A stretch of DNA of 64,000 bases from the NCBI GenBank assembly GCA_965202585.1, contig OZ241827.1, forward strand, positions 64,170,001-64,234,000, read 5' to 3'. A model generated the notes under the pieces. That model made no database searches. It was not told where the DNA came from and saw only the letters and a list, made by a program, of their open reading frames with translations. The DNA comes from Thalia democratica. Taxonomy: Eukaryota. Positions within the stretch are counted from its first letter, which is position 1. Each line of letters opens with the position of its first letter. The position numbers and the translations under genes were made by a program. This document shows positions 12,670 to 27,189 of this stretch, one piece after another.

Positions 12670-14830
12670 TAACACCTGGTAAGACGTATGCGGTAGAAAG
12701 TGAAGATCTTTAAAGAAGAAGATCATGTGGCTGCAGAAAAACACGAAACATACGGGTTAAAAACTAGACGCACACCTAAGCCGATCCATTATACACAGGT
12801 ACTTGAAGAATATCTAATCAAAATGATGCAAAAAATGCAGTTCAGTAAGAGCAGCTAGCAACCGTTTCTAACATTAACTACTGAAGATTGTGCGGGATAT
12901 AAATTGAAATTTTTGGTTGTACATTCGGATAAAACTTTTAACTTTAACGACATTTCAGTGAGTGAGTATGAAAATTATCAAACGACAATATAACTAGAGG
13001 TTACAAAAAATGTACTGATAAAACTTTCAAAGATATTAATCTAGAGGCTAAAAATAAATGAAACAATTAACAAAATCTTTTTTAAAAAGCATACATAACG
13101 GTCAATGACCATAAAGAAAACTTCATGCCATATCTCAAGTGTAGATTAATCTACACTTCTATGGTCGATATTAAAGGTTAAGATTGACTGCATTAATATA
13201 GCTGTGCGTTTAAAGTCTAGACTTATACAATAGACTGATACAAACCAAGTCTTAAATTGGTTCACTGGTTTGGAAAAACCAAAAGTAAAACTTTTTTAAG
13301 TTTGATGTAGTCGACTTTTATTCTTTATCAGCGAAGAATTAGTAATCGTTAAATTTCGCTGATAACTATACAAGCGTACCTACTGAAGACTTAAGTCTAA
13401 AAAAAACACATGTAAGTCAGTACTTTATGTACAAGGAAATCCGTGCCGAAAGAATAAAGCTCTGTTTTAGATGTAGCACAGCGATCGTTTATGGGGCAGA
13501 ATTATACGAATTAGTAAGACTTTTAAATTACACGGGATAAAAATCTCTTCTGTCCCACAGATTCAAAATTTACGTTGAATGTAACTTAATCCGAACAAAA
13601 ATTTTGGATATTAACATGAATTTAAGCAGTAATACTTTAGCACATTAGAAAAAGGAAAACTTTGATGTAAAATACATAATAATGGGTCTAATCGCCCCAA
13701 AACAATAAGAAAAGCCTTAAGTCCAATTATTTATAATAGATTATACAAACTTTCTAGCAACAAAGAGATATTTGATATCATTAAAAAAGATTATAACGAA
13801 GCACTAGTTTCAAGTGGACATTACAACCTAAAAGACTATGACAAAAATGACCTGAACTGTAACAGTAAGAAAAAAAAAGATCAAGAAAAATCATATATTT
13901 TAACCTTCCATTTGTAATTATGCAAAAACTAATATAAGTAAGAAACTCTTGGATTTTGTTAGCCAAAATTTTCCTAAAAAACAAACAAATTTCATAATAT
14001 TTTTAACAAGAATACAATTAAAATCTCGTATAGCTGTCTGCCCTATATAAGAAATATTATCAATTCACACAACAAAAAGATTTTAGAGGCTGAAAACAAA
14101 AGAAATAGAACTCGCAACTGTAGAAATAAAATGAATTGCCCGTTTAACGTTAAATACCTTGTAAAAGAAGTATATAAAGCAAAAGTTGTAGACAAAGAAT
14201 ACATTGGTTCTACAGAAAACTCATTTAAAAAAAGGCGGCAGTAACACAAGCACAGCAATAATTTTTTTTAATAACGGTTATTGCCAAATTTATTACATCA
14301 AACAGTATAGATTCTCCGAAATCAAAGGGCAAATATTATTTAAAATTAACTGCTCAGTTCCCAGAAAAACCGACGATTGTACTATATGCAACCTAGAAAG
14401 AACGGACATTGCTAAATCGAACAGAGATAAAGCTCTTAATGAAAGAAAAAAACTAACATCGGTATGCCCCCACTTCAGAACTAGTTATTTTTAGCGTTAT
14501 TTTTAGTTTTTTTTTATTTATTGTTGTTGTTTTTGTTTATCATACCATATTAAGTTTCATCTATTTTTTCTTTGTATTGCTAGCAATTTGTTTATAAGTA
14601 CTTTTCATTTATATTTGATTTGAAGATTTTTTTTGCTTAGTTTTATAATACAGTTAACTAATTAACTTCCCTTGTATTTGCTAAAGTACGTAATTACTAA
14701 TTGATTCATAACTAATTATTTCTAATTACCTAACCTCATTATATATATTTGTGAGTTTCACTTCATTTTATTGTCATTTTGAAAAAACTCTGAAGACACT
14801 AGATGAAACGGTGTAAGCTTAAACTGACAA
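12670..14830 (+). mobile_element. Degenerate Penelope-like retroelement (RT plus GIY-YIG endonuclease remnants)
   Basis: HLVRRMR...KIFKEEDHVAAEKHETYGLKT N-terminal block; NCRNKMNCP...VYKAKVVDKEYIGST GIY-YIG block; CTICNLER...LNERKKLTSVCPH C-terminus; many stops and frameshifts. Confidence 0.85.
14784..14820 (+). ncRNA. Degenerate minimal hammerhead-ribozyme-like motif in PLE 3' region (C3:G8 core)
   Basis: AAACT-CTGAAGA-CACTAGAT-GAAAC-GGT-GTA-AGCTT: core boxes present, stem I 4/5 paired, stem II poorly paired. Confidence 0.4.
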
Positions 14831-15130
14831 TTGTTGAATTAATTATATTTAATAGTGCTAACAGAACAACTTAACATCTTTTATAGATTACTATAGTGTG
14901 AAGTTTTGGTTTTTTTAATTTTTTTAAAATTTATATAAAGTTAGCTATAAAAATAAAATTATACTAGTATGGAAATTAAAGAAAGCGTAATTCCTCGTAA
15001 TACTACTCCGACAATAATTTGTACTTAACACAAAACTAGTAAGTAAAAAAGACACAACAGTGTTTAATATGAAATTTATTAATATAATACCCTATAGTCT
15101 ATAATAATTTTTTTAATAAATTTAAGAGTC

Positions 15131-15811
15131 CTATTTATCTTCGAAATCTTCGCAGCACTCCATATCGACCAGCATGTCACGGACCTTCTTCATTTCCTCG
15201 CAATCTTCTCCTGCGCCTTCTCCGTGTTCTTCAGTAGGTTTCTTCAGGAGCGATGTCAACCTTTCTTTGATTTCCTTTTCCAATACAACTTCTGTTTTAA
15301 ACTCTTTCAAACCAATTTTCTCAATTCCGTCTCTTGCCACTTCGTCATCTGGTATATCTTCAATCCAAACCGTCAGATGTGTGAAGAGCTCTGAAAACGT
15401 GCGAATCGTGTCCTTGTGAGTTTTCCAGCTGGAAGCAAGTACTATAAGCAAGCTTTCATCGTCAACGGCTTTCAGCTTGGGCAAAACATTTAGCACGACA
15501 TGTCTGTGCACTTCTTCCACGAACATGTCGTACATTTCTTCGCCCTTTTGGTGATGAATGCAGTCGTACGAGTTACGGAACAAGTTGTCGTCGCCTTCAG
15601 TGAACTGCATGTCTGAAAAGTTGTTTTCCAAGTGATGCCTCGTACCCCGTCTCAAGCTGTTGATCACTCTTTCATGCCTGAGATCTTGATACTTTCTAAG
15701 CTCAGGATACCAGAACTTTTCGTTGAAAGATTTGAGGCAACCCTTGTTGAAAATGATGTCAGCGAGCTCTTCATCCGAGCAAACTTGGTAAACGTCGTTT
15801 AAATCTTCCAT
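15131..15811 (-). CDS. Truncated Cullin-3-like protein (N-terminal cullin-repeat region only), 226 aa, copy A
   Basis: NLFRNSYDCIHHQKGEEMYDMFVEEVHRHV...LASSWKTHKDTIRTFSELFTHL...IEKIGLKEFKTEVV...KVRDMLVDM aligns by eye to Cul3 [30 protein letters not shown]...[22 protein letters not shown]...VYNLGLIIFRDQVV...NACQMLMIL. CDS is uninterrupted; a TTTTACAG acceptor lies about 18 nt upstream of the ATG. Confidence 0.75.
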   Translation of the reverse strand: MEDLNDVYQVCSDEELADIIFNKGCLKSFNEKFWYPELRKYQDLRHERVINSLRRGTRHHLENNFSDMQFTEGDDNLFRNSYDCIHHQKGEEMYDMFVEEVHRHVVLNVLPKLKAVDDESLLIVLASSWKTHKDTIRTFSELFTHLTVWIEDIPDDEVARDGIEKIGLKEFKTEVVLEKEIKERLTSLLKKPTEEHGEGAGEDCEEMKKVRDMLVDMECCEDFEDK

Positions 15812-15917
15812 TTTTTAACTAAACTATCTGTAAAATGAATAAAATTTAAAATGCTAAACAATTAAGTAATTATTTTATTTCTTACACAGAAAGAACAATT
15901 AATTAAGAATCATTTTA

Positions 15918-16706
15918 CATGGTTGCCACTGATCAAGCTGAGAAAAATTTCCTGACTTTTCTTGACTTTTTACCAAATTTTTCCTGACTTTTCTAATTCA
16001 AACTCTTAAATTAAACTTATTTTAAAATACATAATCTAAAACTTAAAACCATATAAAGCTTTCAATCTAATTTTATTACAGGATAAAATCAACAGATTTT
16101 GCTTAATTCTATCAAACTTCAAGTACATCACTTAAATCATCTGTGTATGATTCATGTTTGTAATAAACAGCTCTATCAGCAAAATACTTGTATTTTCACC
16201 TTATAAACACAGCTTGTTTGAAAAAAGACACAATTTCTTAGCATTTCCTAGCATAAATATATCTAGATAAACAAATGATATTTAAGGAACTTTTAAAATT
16301 TTTGTCTATATCACAGTTTCACTATGGAAGTGTCCTTGCAACACATCATCAATACTAAAAAGCTTACAAAATCTGCTTGTTCAATATGTTAATAAAAAAT
16401 TTTTGCAGTTTTATAAAGGATATTTTACTAATTTTTACCAGGTGAAGGAATTGGAAATAAAATTAAATATTTTTGTTAATTTTCAGGAAAATTTTGGAAT
16501 TTTTTTCGGACTTTAAAAAACTTTTAATCAATTTTTACGATTTGAAGGCTTTGAAAAACAGGGAATTTTGTAAATTTAAAGTGACAACGTCTGAATATAT
16601 TTTTAATTTTATGAAATGTCCTGACTTTTCCTGACTTTTGTCATTAAAAAAAAATTTTCCTCGTTTTTCCTGATTTCCTGACTTTTCCTGACCGAGTGGC
16701 AACCCC
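15918..16706. mobile_element. MITE with (CAT)GGTTGCCACT terminal inverted repeats, present in left palindrome arm only
   Basis: GGTTGCCACT at 15921 and AGTGGCAACC at 16695-16704; CCTGACTTTT subterminal motifs at both ends; CATTTTA on both flanks (15911-15917, 16707-16713). Confidence 0.7.
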
Positions 16707-19700
16707 CATTTTATCATTGTAATTTTTACTTGAAAGTTTACATAATATTTAATAACAGTATCTGAAATTTTTGATTTTAACTAAACTATCTGTAAAATAA
16801 ATAAAATTCAAAATATTTAATAGTTTAGTAATTATATGTTTTGTGTAACCGAAGGAGCGATCAATAAAGAACCATATTATCATTATAATTAATACTGAGA
16901 GAATTACTAAAAATTCAATAACTATACAATCCTAGAAATTTCCTATCTTTTTTTGTAAAAAGTTTACATCTATTATAATCCAATTGTGCTTAAAGGAACT
17001 ACACAAGGAAAATATTTTTTTTACATAAGTCGAACAAAAATTTTGTACCATAACTCCTAAAACTGTTTGTTATGATATACTAACCTTTATTTTTTAATAC
17101 GAATATTTATTAGCTCCAAAATTGTAAATACAAAACAAATATTTAAAAACAAACTACTTGAGTATAATTTTTTACAATAACTTTAAATGTTTACAATTGA
17201 GGTTAGTTAAACTGTATTGCAACTAATAAAAAGTTGTATATGATACATTTATGTGTTAAATCAATATTTTATTGCAATAAACGTACTAAACTTTAAACTC
17301 TAAGTTTTTCTTTTTTTTTTAAGTAATTTTTGTTAAATTCTTGGTTTTTCCAGGTATTATTCAAAATGTCCCAAATTCCAGTTTATTTTTCTAAATTTAA
17401 CAAATTCCAGGTTTTTTGGAAATTGTGTAAATTGTGAAAATATTTAAACTTTAAACTAATAATTTTAAAAACCTTACAACTTTTATATGAATTTCAATTT
17501 ATTTGTTTAATAAATTTAACAGGATTGCTACTGTTCAAAAACAAAAATAAATTTCCTGTGTCATCATGAGTATTTTCAAAAACTTTCATTTGCTTTTTAA
17601 GTATAAAAAAATTATTCTTCAACAATACTAGACATCAAATAACAAAATATTGCAATTTAATGAAGTAAATTTTACTTTAAAGATTTATTAAAACTGTCTT
17701 GAGATTCATAAAAAATCTTTAAATTATGCTTTTTTTTAAAAAAACAAAAATTTATTGCGTCAGCCTGGGCCTAAGAATTAAATTCATAACACCCTCAGTT
17801 GTTTTAAGATTTTTAAAAACTTCAAGATATGCTTAGTTATCATGAGTGTGTGGCAACCCTATTTCAATAGTGCTTCTTCTCAAAATTGTCTGATTCAAGG
17901 GCATATGAGAGAGAAGTAAGGACTTTATTTAAGTAATATTGGTTTAAAATGAACAGGGTTGCTATTTTATTTTGGAAAATTTTTTCCATGTTTGCAAAAT
18001 GTGTTACAGTTTTTTTAAATTACACGTTTTAGGGTCTATAGGAGGTTTAAAATTAAGTTTAATGTAAAAATGACTGTGTTAAGTAGTATAACAGCATTGA
18101 AGAGATACTGTACAGCTACTCTAAAAGTGTTTATCAATAAAAAAAAAATTATGATGACAAAAGTTTTACATATGATGAGATTTTTGTGTCAATTTAAAGT
18201 TTTACTACTTACAGTTAAAACTTGTTTTGAAATTTCAGTTTCTTTTACTAAGTTCTGTTTAAAACTCTATTTTTATTTTCAAAATTTTTAACATTACAAG
18301 TTTTTTCCAAATCTTTTTTAGCTTAAATTGTCAAATTTAAGGATATCAGCTTTTTGGCAACCCTGATTAATTATTACAGTATAAATTAGGGTTTTCTACA
18401 ATCAGTACTTTCAAAATAATCATATAGCTAGCAAAAATTTATAAAATAGTTTAGTTCTAAAAAAAAACATTAGGTTGTTTGTATAAATATTAAAGAGAAA
18501 AAATGGCATTATTCTGTATTAAAGTATTAAATATCCAGAAATTTTGTTTACATTTAATTGTGTTTAATAAATCTCTAACCGATAAAGAAATCTCTGCTAT
18601 AACATAATTGTTTTAAACCAACAATGATTTCATTAAAATGATCTTTCTGCTCAGTGTTAGAAATAAATAACTAACAAAACTGATTATTTTTAACTTGTAT
18701 TTTATTTTTTTTTTACAGTAAGGGAATGAAAACTACATTGGCTTTTGTAAAAATCAATGTAAAAGGTTTGTATTAAATGATAAAACAAAAAATCAAGCTA
18801 TCTAAAAGGTAAAAAAGACTAATCATTAGCTGAGAAAAACTTTTAGTAAGTTACCTTAAGGTGGGCTAACAAAAAAGAATAAATATATAGTCATTCTAGT
18901 TGAATTATTTATACCTTGATGTAATAGTAGAATTCCAGGTTTCTTATTTAATTTTTTTTAGTCTCAAAACTTTTAAAAAGGTTTTAACTGCGCGGACGAA
19001 ATTTTAACAAAATACTAACTTTTTTTTAGAGATTTTAGACATTTACTGAAAATATATCTTATTCATATTAATATCAATTAAAAAAAAGGTTCAAAAACTA
19101 CCAGTTGGTGTTTCAATTTTTTTTATGAAGTTAAGTTGAAGTAAAAATTTATTTAATGATGTGGTTTTAATAAAAAAAAAGATATTAAAAATAACTTATA
19201 TATATGATAGATTTTTTGTGTTTAATCCAAATTTTATTACTTGAAACTTAAAAAATTTGTAGATGTCCAGGTTTTCCAGATTTTTAAGTAATTCTAGTGA
19301 AAAAAATTTTATTCTTTATAGGCTCTTTTTTTTAAATGTTTGACATCACAGGTTTTTTCAGATTAACAAATTCCAGGGTGCTTGTTTTTTGGCAACTCTG
19401 TAAATTGTGAACATTTTTGAACTATAAACACAGGCAGATGAGCTTTCAATATAATTATAACTAATATTTTAAACGTTTCTATTGATTTAAATTATTATTT
19501 TTTTATGGGTTTGAGGAAAAAAAAGCAGTCCTTAGTTAAAAGAATTTAAAAAAAAGTTATTTGCTTTTTAACTATAAAAACCTAATTCTACAACAATATT
19601 AGATATCAAATAACCAACTATTGCAACTATATGAATTAAATCTTAATTCAATAAGATATAAAAACTGTCTTAGATTTATTAAAATTCTTAAAACTATCAT

Positions 19701-22700
19701 GAGTTTTTTGTTTAAAAAAAAATATATCGAGTCAGCCTGGCCTTAAGAAATAAATTCATAAGACTCTGAGTTGTCTTAAGATTTTTACAAACTACAAAAC
19801 ATACTGAGTTATCGTGAGTGTGTGGCAAACCTGTTTCAAAAATACTTTTTCTTAAACTTGGTTTTTTAAGGGTACAGAAGAGAGGAGTAGGTACTTTTAA
19901 GTAGTATTTGTAAAGAATCATTACTGTATAAACCAGGGTTTCTAGAAATAGGCACTTATAGAATTTTACCATATCACTAATAAAAGATTATTAAAATAGT
20001 TTTGTACTTAAAATGTTAATATTTACTTGTTTGTATAAATAATATTTTGTTTTAAATAATATATTTGGTTATTAGAAAAAAAAAAAATTAGCAATTGAAA
20101 TCAGGTTCTCAAAAGTACCATTTTTTTGTCTATTTTTTATATAAACTTAAGTTTGAGGTAAAAAATCATCTTCAATGTAAATTAAAATAAACTTAAACAA
20201 ATTAGTGTAAACTTTAGCATATTTAAAAACTAGAATTATATAAATTTACCTGTACGTACAAAAGAAAAGTTACTTTGGTAAATAGAAAAAAAAAGTAGAA
20301 ATTTCTGTAAATCTTTCACACCTTTTTTAATGTTGCCCAACTTGTAATCTTGTAAATGTTAAAAAAAAATAGACTTTTTTATTACTGCTCTTAACTAAAT
20401 GGTCTTTTTAATGGAAATATGTAGAAGACACTACACAATTCTAGAATGGTCTGAGAAAGCAAAATATAATGTATTTTTTATAGCCTGTAAAGTTCATATT
20501 TTACAAATACCATCTATAATCCAATACTGCCTTATGACGTTGTAATCATTGTTTCAAATATTAATACTACGTCAATGAAAAAATTCATAAATTTTTTTTA
20601 ACATCTTAAAACACTTACAAAGATTTATATCTGAGTTTTGGAAATAACGAGTTTTGAACATTGAATAATAATTATTTTAACTTATATTTTATGCTCAAGT
20701 AATTTTGTGGTGAATTTGAAAAGAAACCTGGCAACTATGCTGACGATGTTGTCAACAAAATTGCAATTTTTGAATCAGCAAGTCGCTACGACTACACAAA
20801 TTTTACAGTTTAATTTAAAAAAAACAAGCGCTTACTAAGTATTCAGAAATAATTTGCTATTAAAGTTCTGGCAACTCGTATATTGTCCTAAATAACTTAC
20901 TGAACTATTTATAATTTTTCGTTTTGTATCTTCTTTAAATGCTGACAACTAAGGATAGGCCACATATTTAGACACAAAAAGTTATTAAGAATGAACATAA
21001 ACTTCATTATTCAACAAAAAAAAATAATTTCAACCTCGAGTAAATATGAGTGATTTTGTTCTATAAGAATAGCAATAGTACTTCGAATTGTAGCTTAAAA
21101 AAAACTAAATGGCAATATTAAATATTCTAAACGAAAACTGTTATATAACTTTCAATAATTGGTTAATTTTGAAATTCTAGTTAAAAACGTAGATGATAAA
21201 AATCAACTCCTTATGAACAACAATGAACAAAATGAAGAAGCTTTTACAGATTTGAAAACAATTCTGTAGGATGGAAAAAAATTTAAAATAAAATAATTTA
21301 CTTTAACTTAATTGCTATTTTTTTTACTTCAATTAGTAAAAAACGCATATTGTTTGGTATAACAATTTATAAAGAGTTTAAATTGATTTTAAAAATTCAT
21401 TTTCTGCTTAATTTAAACTTATTTTTTTGTCAGCCTTGTGGTTATACTACTATTTGTTTGCAGCGTCAGATGTCAACAGTCTTTTTACTTAGAATCATAA
21501 CTGAGAATATAGAATGAAACATAAGAATTATTTTTTGAACATTCTTTTAGTTTTATCATTGTATCTTCACATTTGTTTGAAAATATTTCAATTCAAAGCT
21601 GATTTTTTTTATAACGAAAATAAAAGTTTCAAGTATTTTTAGATTCTTTGACGCCTGACAACTGTGGTCTTCCTGAAAAACTTCTCAACGGATTCGAGAC
21701 GACTGAGACCAAAGTAACTTCCTACTACAGCTACAGAGAACGTCAGTTTAACTAACCACAGATAACTTTGTTTAACTAACTTAAAACGTAATCGGACTAT
21801 TTCAAAAACAGAACATGATTTAATTAGGAGCAATATCAACGCTGTACTGCTCACAATCTTGGAACTAAGTTTAACCTTCTCTACAGAAAAAAAAGAGGAT
21901 AAAAAAAGTGTATTTTCTAAACATAAACAAATTGTGAAGCTTAAAAATGTTCAAAAATCTATTGCCATTTGATTTTTAATTCGAGTTTTAAAGATAAGTG
22001 AACACTAATACACTTTTTGTATAATATTTTAAAAGCTACATTTGAACATTTAACATCTTATAAAGAATAACTAAAACAAACTATTTTTACAGAAAGATGC
22101 GACGCCCCTGTGGCGCAAGTAAACGGATCAAAACAACTTGTGGTTTTTACAATGGAGCTGCTGTTCCTACTTTCAATAAACTCCTGTGCCCTGTTAGTAC
22201 AGTGCCAATGTATCTTAGGAAATCTTTTGTTTTTTAAATAGTCTTTTTTTGTTGTGGTGAAAGTGTTCAAAAATGAAGTATCTGAAATTATTTTGCAAAT
22301 ACGAGCACGTTTTGCTAAAAAAAAATATAAATAAATTTTTAAACTAAATTTCAGGAGTTATTGTAAAGTTAATCTTTACAGTCAGAATATTGTAAGTGTT
22401 TTTTACACTATCAAACGTATCATGTAACGAAGAAATCATTGTTAAGAGCGCTTTGCGACGCTCTAGCCGCCCCTGATAATGAAAACATCGGTTGTGAGAG
22501 CAGTGTGTTGTTGGCTGGTGTTATCTAGCTGTAATGAAAGTAAATTAAACAATATTAATAAGCAACAAAATGTATCTTAATCTAAAAATCTAAATACTTT
22601 TAATAAGTAAACATTAAATTTACTAAAGCTTAGTTAGGCCTATTTTAGTTATTTCCTTTTTTTTTGATTATAGATAAAAATTAAATAATTGTAAAGAATG

Positions 22701-25700
22701 ATAAAACTTACAATTAAAACACAATTTTATACTCTGTGTAAAGCACCTCTTGCACCAGAAATTAATGAAATTTTTGACAAGAAGAACTTGTTATTGGAAG
22801 GAATACTAGCCATTCAGATTGTAACGTTGGTTAGTAAGATTTTGTTTTATTTTTTGTTAGAAAACTAATATCATATATCTAATAAAGAACGTTAAATAGA
22901 AACTACAGAAATCTTTACTTAGTTTGTGAAGCCGTAAAAACTAAATCCTTAAAACATGTCTTAAAACCAATAAAAGCAAATAAAGATTATTTTTTTGTTT
23001 TCAGAATGCAGCCTTGTTGGAAACACAGATACTGGTTATACTGCTATTGATTGATAAAAGTTTTCTGAATTTAATAACCTGTGTATATGTCAGATACTTT
23101 TTTAAAATGTAAAAATCTATAAACCTTCGTTGTAGTGTATTAAATATATCTTATGTCTTTAGAGTTAAAGTTTAATCTTATGTTTTTGTAAACTCAATGA
23201 TTAAGTAGAATTTAAATAAGTGTAACAAAACTTTTATTTCCACAAAATTACTTAAGCATGAAATTTCAAGTTAAAATAAATAATTTTTTTTCATTATTCA
23301 AATTTCTTTATTTCCGAAATTCAGAAATAACTTTTTGTAAGTATTTAAAAAAAACGTTAAAACAAATTTATAAACTTTTACGTTGACTTAATATTTAAAA
23401 CAAAGATTAAAATGTCATGAGACAATATTGGACCATATATGGTATTTGTATTAATTAAACAGTACAGCTACAATCTATGTAAAGTATTAATATTATGTTA
23501 TATCTTTTGCTATTTTTCTTACCATCAGGAAATTTCTAGTGTTTTTTACATATTCCCATTAAAAAGACCATTTTGTTTATAGCAAAATTATAGAAAAAAA
23601 ATTCTAAGCTTTTATTAAGTTTCTGCAAGTTTACAAGTCAGGCAACAAAAAAAGGTGTGAAAGTTTTTACAAGTATTAGTACTTTTTATTTTCTATTTAC
23701 CAAAGTAACTTTTCTTTTGTTTGTACAGGTAAGTTTTAAATAAATTTAGTGGTTAGATTAGGTTTACACTATTGTGTTAAAACAGTACTTGTGAAGATAA
23801 ACTTTTGTTTTAGACACAAAAACTGGAACTTTTAAAAGTCTGATTTTAATTGCTAAAAAAATAAAAATTAATATTTTATAATATCTAAATACAATATTTA
23901 TAAAACAAATATTATAAGCTAAACTTTTTTTTAAGTGCTAAATTATTTAATTTTTTTATTTTAAAATTTTGTTAGTTATATGGTAATACTTAAAAATACC
24001 TATTTTGGGAACCCTGGTTTATACTGTAAGAGTTCATTTTAAATGTTATTTAAAGAGAGTCCCTAATACTCTGCAATGCCCGAATATATGGCTAATTTGA
24101 GAGGAAGTATTATTGAAACTTGGTTGCCACACACTCAGAAGTCAGGATAGCTCAGTATATTTTTAATTTTGTAAAAGTCTTAAAACAATTGAGGGTATTA
24201 TGAATTTATTTTTAGGCCCAGGCTGACTTAGTACAGTTATGTTTAATAAAAAACAATTCAGAATAGTTTTAAAACTAAACTTTTTTTAAAATCTCAGGGA
24301 ATTTTTTATATATCAGTAAAATAAGATTTACTTTATTTAGGTTCAATATATTGTTATTTTATAATCAACTTTGTTGAAGAATTAAGTTTTAATAGTTAAA
24401 AAGCGAAAAAAAATATCAGGATGACTTAGGAGTTTAGGACTATTTATTTTTTGACTCAAACAGTGGCAACTTAGTTTAAAATATGAATTTAAATCAATAG
24501 GAAAGTTTAAAGTTATAAGTTTACAAATACATTTGTAACTTAATTGCCTGTGTTTAGAATTCTAATATTTTCACAAATTACAGGGATGGCAAAAGACCTG
24601 GAGCCCTGGAATTTGTTTTAGTCTGAAAATCCTGTAATATCAAACATTAAAAAAAAAGTTAGAAAGACTATTATTTTTTAACAAAAGTTATTTAAAAAAC
24701 TAGAAAACCTGGAATTCTAAACAATTTCTAAGTTTTAAGTAAAAACAATTGTTTAGACACAAAAAATCTATCATATAAATAAATAATTTTTGATGTATTT
24801 ATTTTTGTTTTCTTAAAAAGACATTGAAAGATAAATCTTCACTAAAACTTAACTTTATACAAAAGATTGAAACACAAACTGGTAGTTTTTAGAACCTTAT
24901 TTTAAATTGCTAAAAAAATTAATAAGATATGTTTACAGTAAATATCTTAAGAACCTAAAAAATAAGGTACTATTTTGTTAAAGTTTAGTCCGCGCGGACA
25001 ATATATTTAAAAAAATTTTTGCACAAAAAAAATTAAATAAGAAACCTGGAATTTCTACAATACATCAACGTATAAAAAAGTTGCACTATTAAAGAAATTC
25101 GACTATTTATTCTTATTTTTTAGCCCAACCTTAAGGTAACTTACTAAAAGTTTATTCCAGCTAATGATTAGTCTTTTTTCTTATTAGGTAGTTTGGTTTT
25201 TTATTTTATCATTAAATACACATCTTTTACATTGACATATTCAAAAGCCAATGTAGTTTCATCCACTTACTGCATAATAAATCAAAAAAATAATGAGTTT
25301 TGTTAGTTACTTATTTCTAACATAGAGCAGAAAGATCATTTTAAAGAAACTCATCTTATTTTAAAAGAATCATATTATAGCAAAGATTTATTTAACAGTT
25401 AGAGAAAAATATTAACAAAATTTCTGGATATTAAATAATTAATAAATGAATAATACCATAACTTTCTCCATAACATTTATAAAACAAGTCAATGTTTTTT
25501 TTTCAGGGTTAAATTATTTTGATAAATTTTTGTTGTCTATATGGTAACCTTCTGAAAGTACTGATTTTAGAGTTCCCTGATTTATACTGTAATAACTCAT
25601 TCAGGGTTGCCAAAAAACTGTTAGCCAGGAATTTGACAATTTATGCTAAAAAAGCTGGTAAAAGCTGATATTTAAGAAATTTTGAAAAAAAAACTGGAGT

Positions 25701-27189
25701 TTTAAACAAAATTCAGTTAAAGAAACTGAAAGTTTAAAACAAGTTTTAAATGTTAAGTAGTAAAATTTTGAATAGACACAAAGATCTCATCATATATAAA
25801 CTTTTTGTCATCATCAATATTTTTTTACTGAAAAACACTTTTAAAGTAGCTGTACAGTATCTCTTCAAAGCTGTTATACAACTTAACACAGTCTTTTTTA
25901 CATTAAACTTAATTTTAAACTTCCAATAGACCCTAAAACGTGTAATTTAAAAAAAAAACTGTAACTTATTTTGCAAACCTGAAGAAAATTTTCCAAAAAA
26001 AGTTTGCAACCTTGTTTATTTTAAACCAATATTAGATAATTAAAGTCCTTACTTCTCTCTCATATACCCTTGAATCAGACAAATTTGAGAAGAAGCACTA
26101 TTGAAACAGGGTTGCCACACACTCATGATAACTCAGCATATTTTGAAGGTTTTAAATATCTTAAAACAACTGAGTGTGTTATGAATTTTTTTTCTTAGGC
26201 CCAGGCTGACTCAGTACAGTTTTGTTTTTTTTTTCAAAAAAAAGGTAGTTTAAAGACTTTTTATAAATCTCAGAACAGTTTTTATTACTTTTTGAAGTAA
26301 AATCTGCTTAATTTAATTGCACTGTTTTGTTATTTAAAATCTAATATTGTTGAAAAATTAGGTACATCTATATAAAAAACAATAAAAGATTTTGAAAATA
26401 CTTATGTGACTCAGAACATTTATATTTGACTTAAACAGTGACAATCCTGTAGAAAATATGAATTTAAATCAATATAAAATTTGTAAGGTTTTTAAAATTA
26501 TTTGTTTAAAATTTAAATATTTTCACAACTTACACGGTTTCCAAAAAACCTGGAACTTGTTAATTTAGGAATAATAAACTGGAGTTTGGGACATTTTGAA
26601 TAACACCTGGAAAAACCAAGAGACTCTAATAAAAGAAAATCTTTTCAACTTTAATTTTTTAATATTTTAATTTTAAACAGTTGGTACACTTAATGCAATA
26701 AAATATTGACTTAACACATAAATGTATTATATCAATTTTTTATAATTGCAATACAGTTTAACTAACCTAAATTGTAAACATTTAGAGTTAAGGTAACAAC
26801 TCAAGTAGGTTGTTTTTAAATGTTTTTTTGTATTTAGAATTTTGAAACTAATAAATGTTAGTATTTAAAAATACAAATTAGTACATAATTAACAAACAGT
26901 TTTAGGAGTTATATTTAAAAATTTTCGTTTTACTTATATAAAAAAACATTTTCTTTATGTAATTCCTTTGCATTATATATTTGCATTTTAATACATGTAA
27001 ATTTTTTGCATAAAAACAAAGGAGTTTTCTATAAATATATTTATATAGTTTTTAGTAAATCTCTAAGTATTAATTATAGTGATAATATGGTTCTTTATTG
27101 ATTGCTCCTCCAGTTAAACAAAACATATAATTACTAACCTATTAAATAATTTGAATTTATTCATTTTACAGATAGTTTATCTAAAAATA

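Noticed and set aside
27151-27189. TTG-started N-terminal extension of cullin-like copy B
   Set aside because: Overlaps the polypyrimidine tract and acceptor; the ATG at 27190 corresponds to the copy A start.
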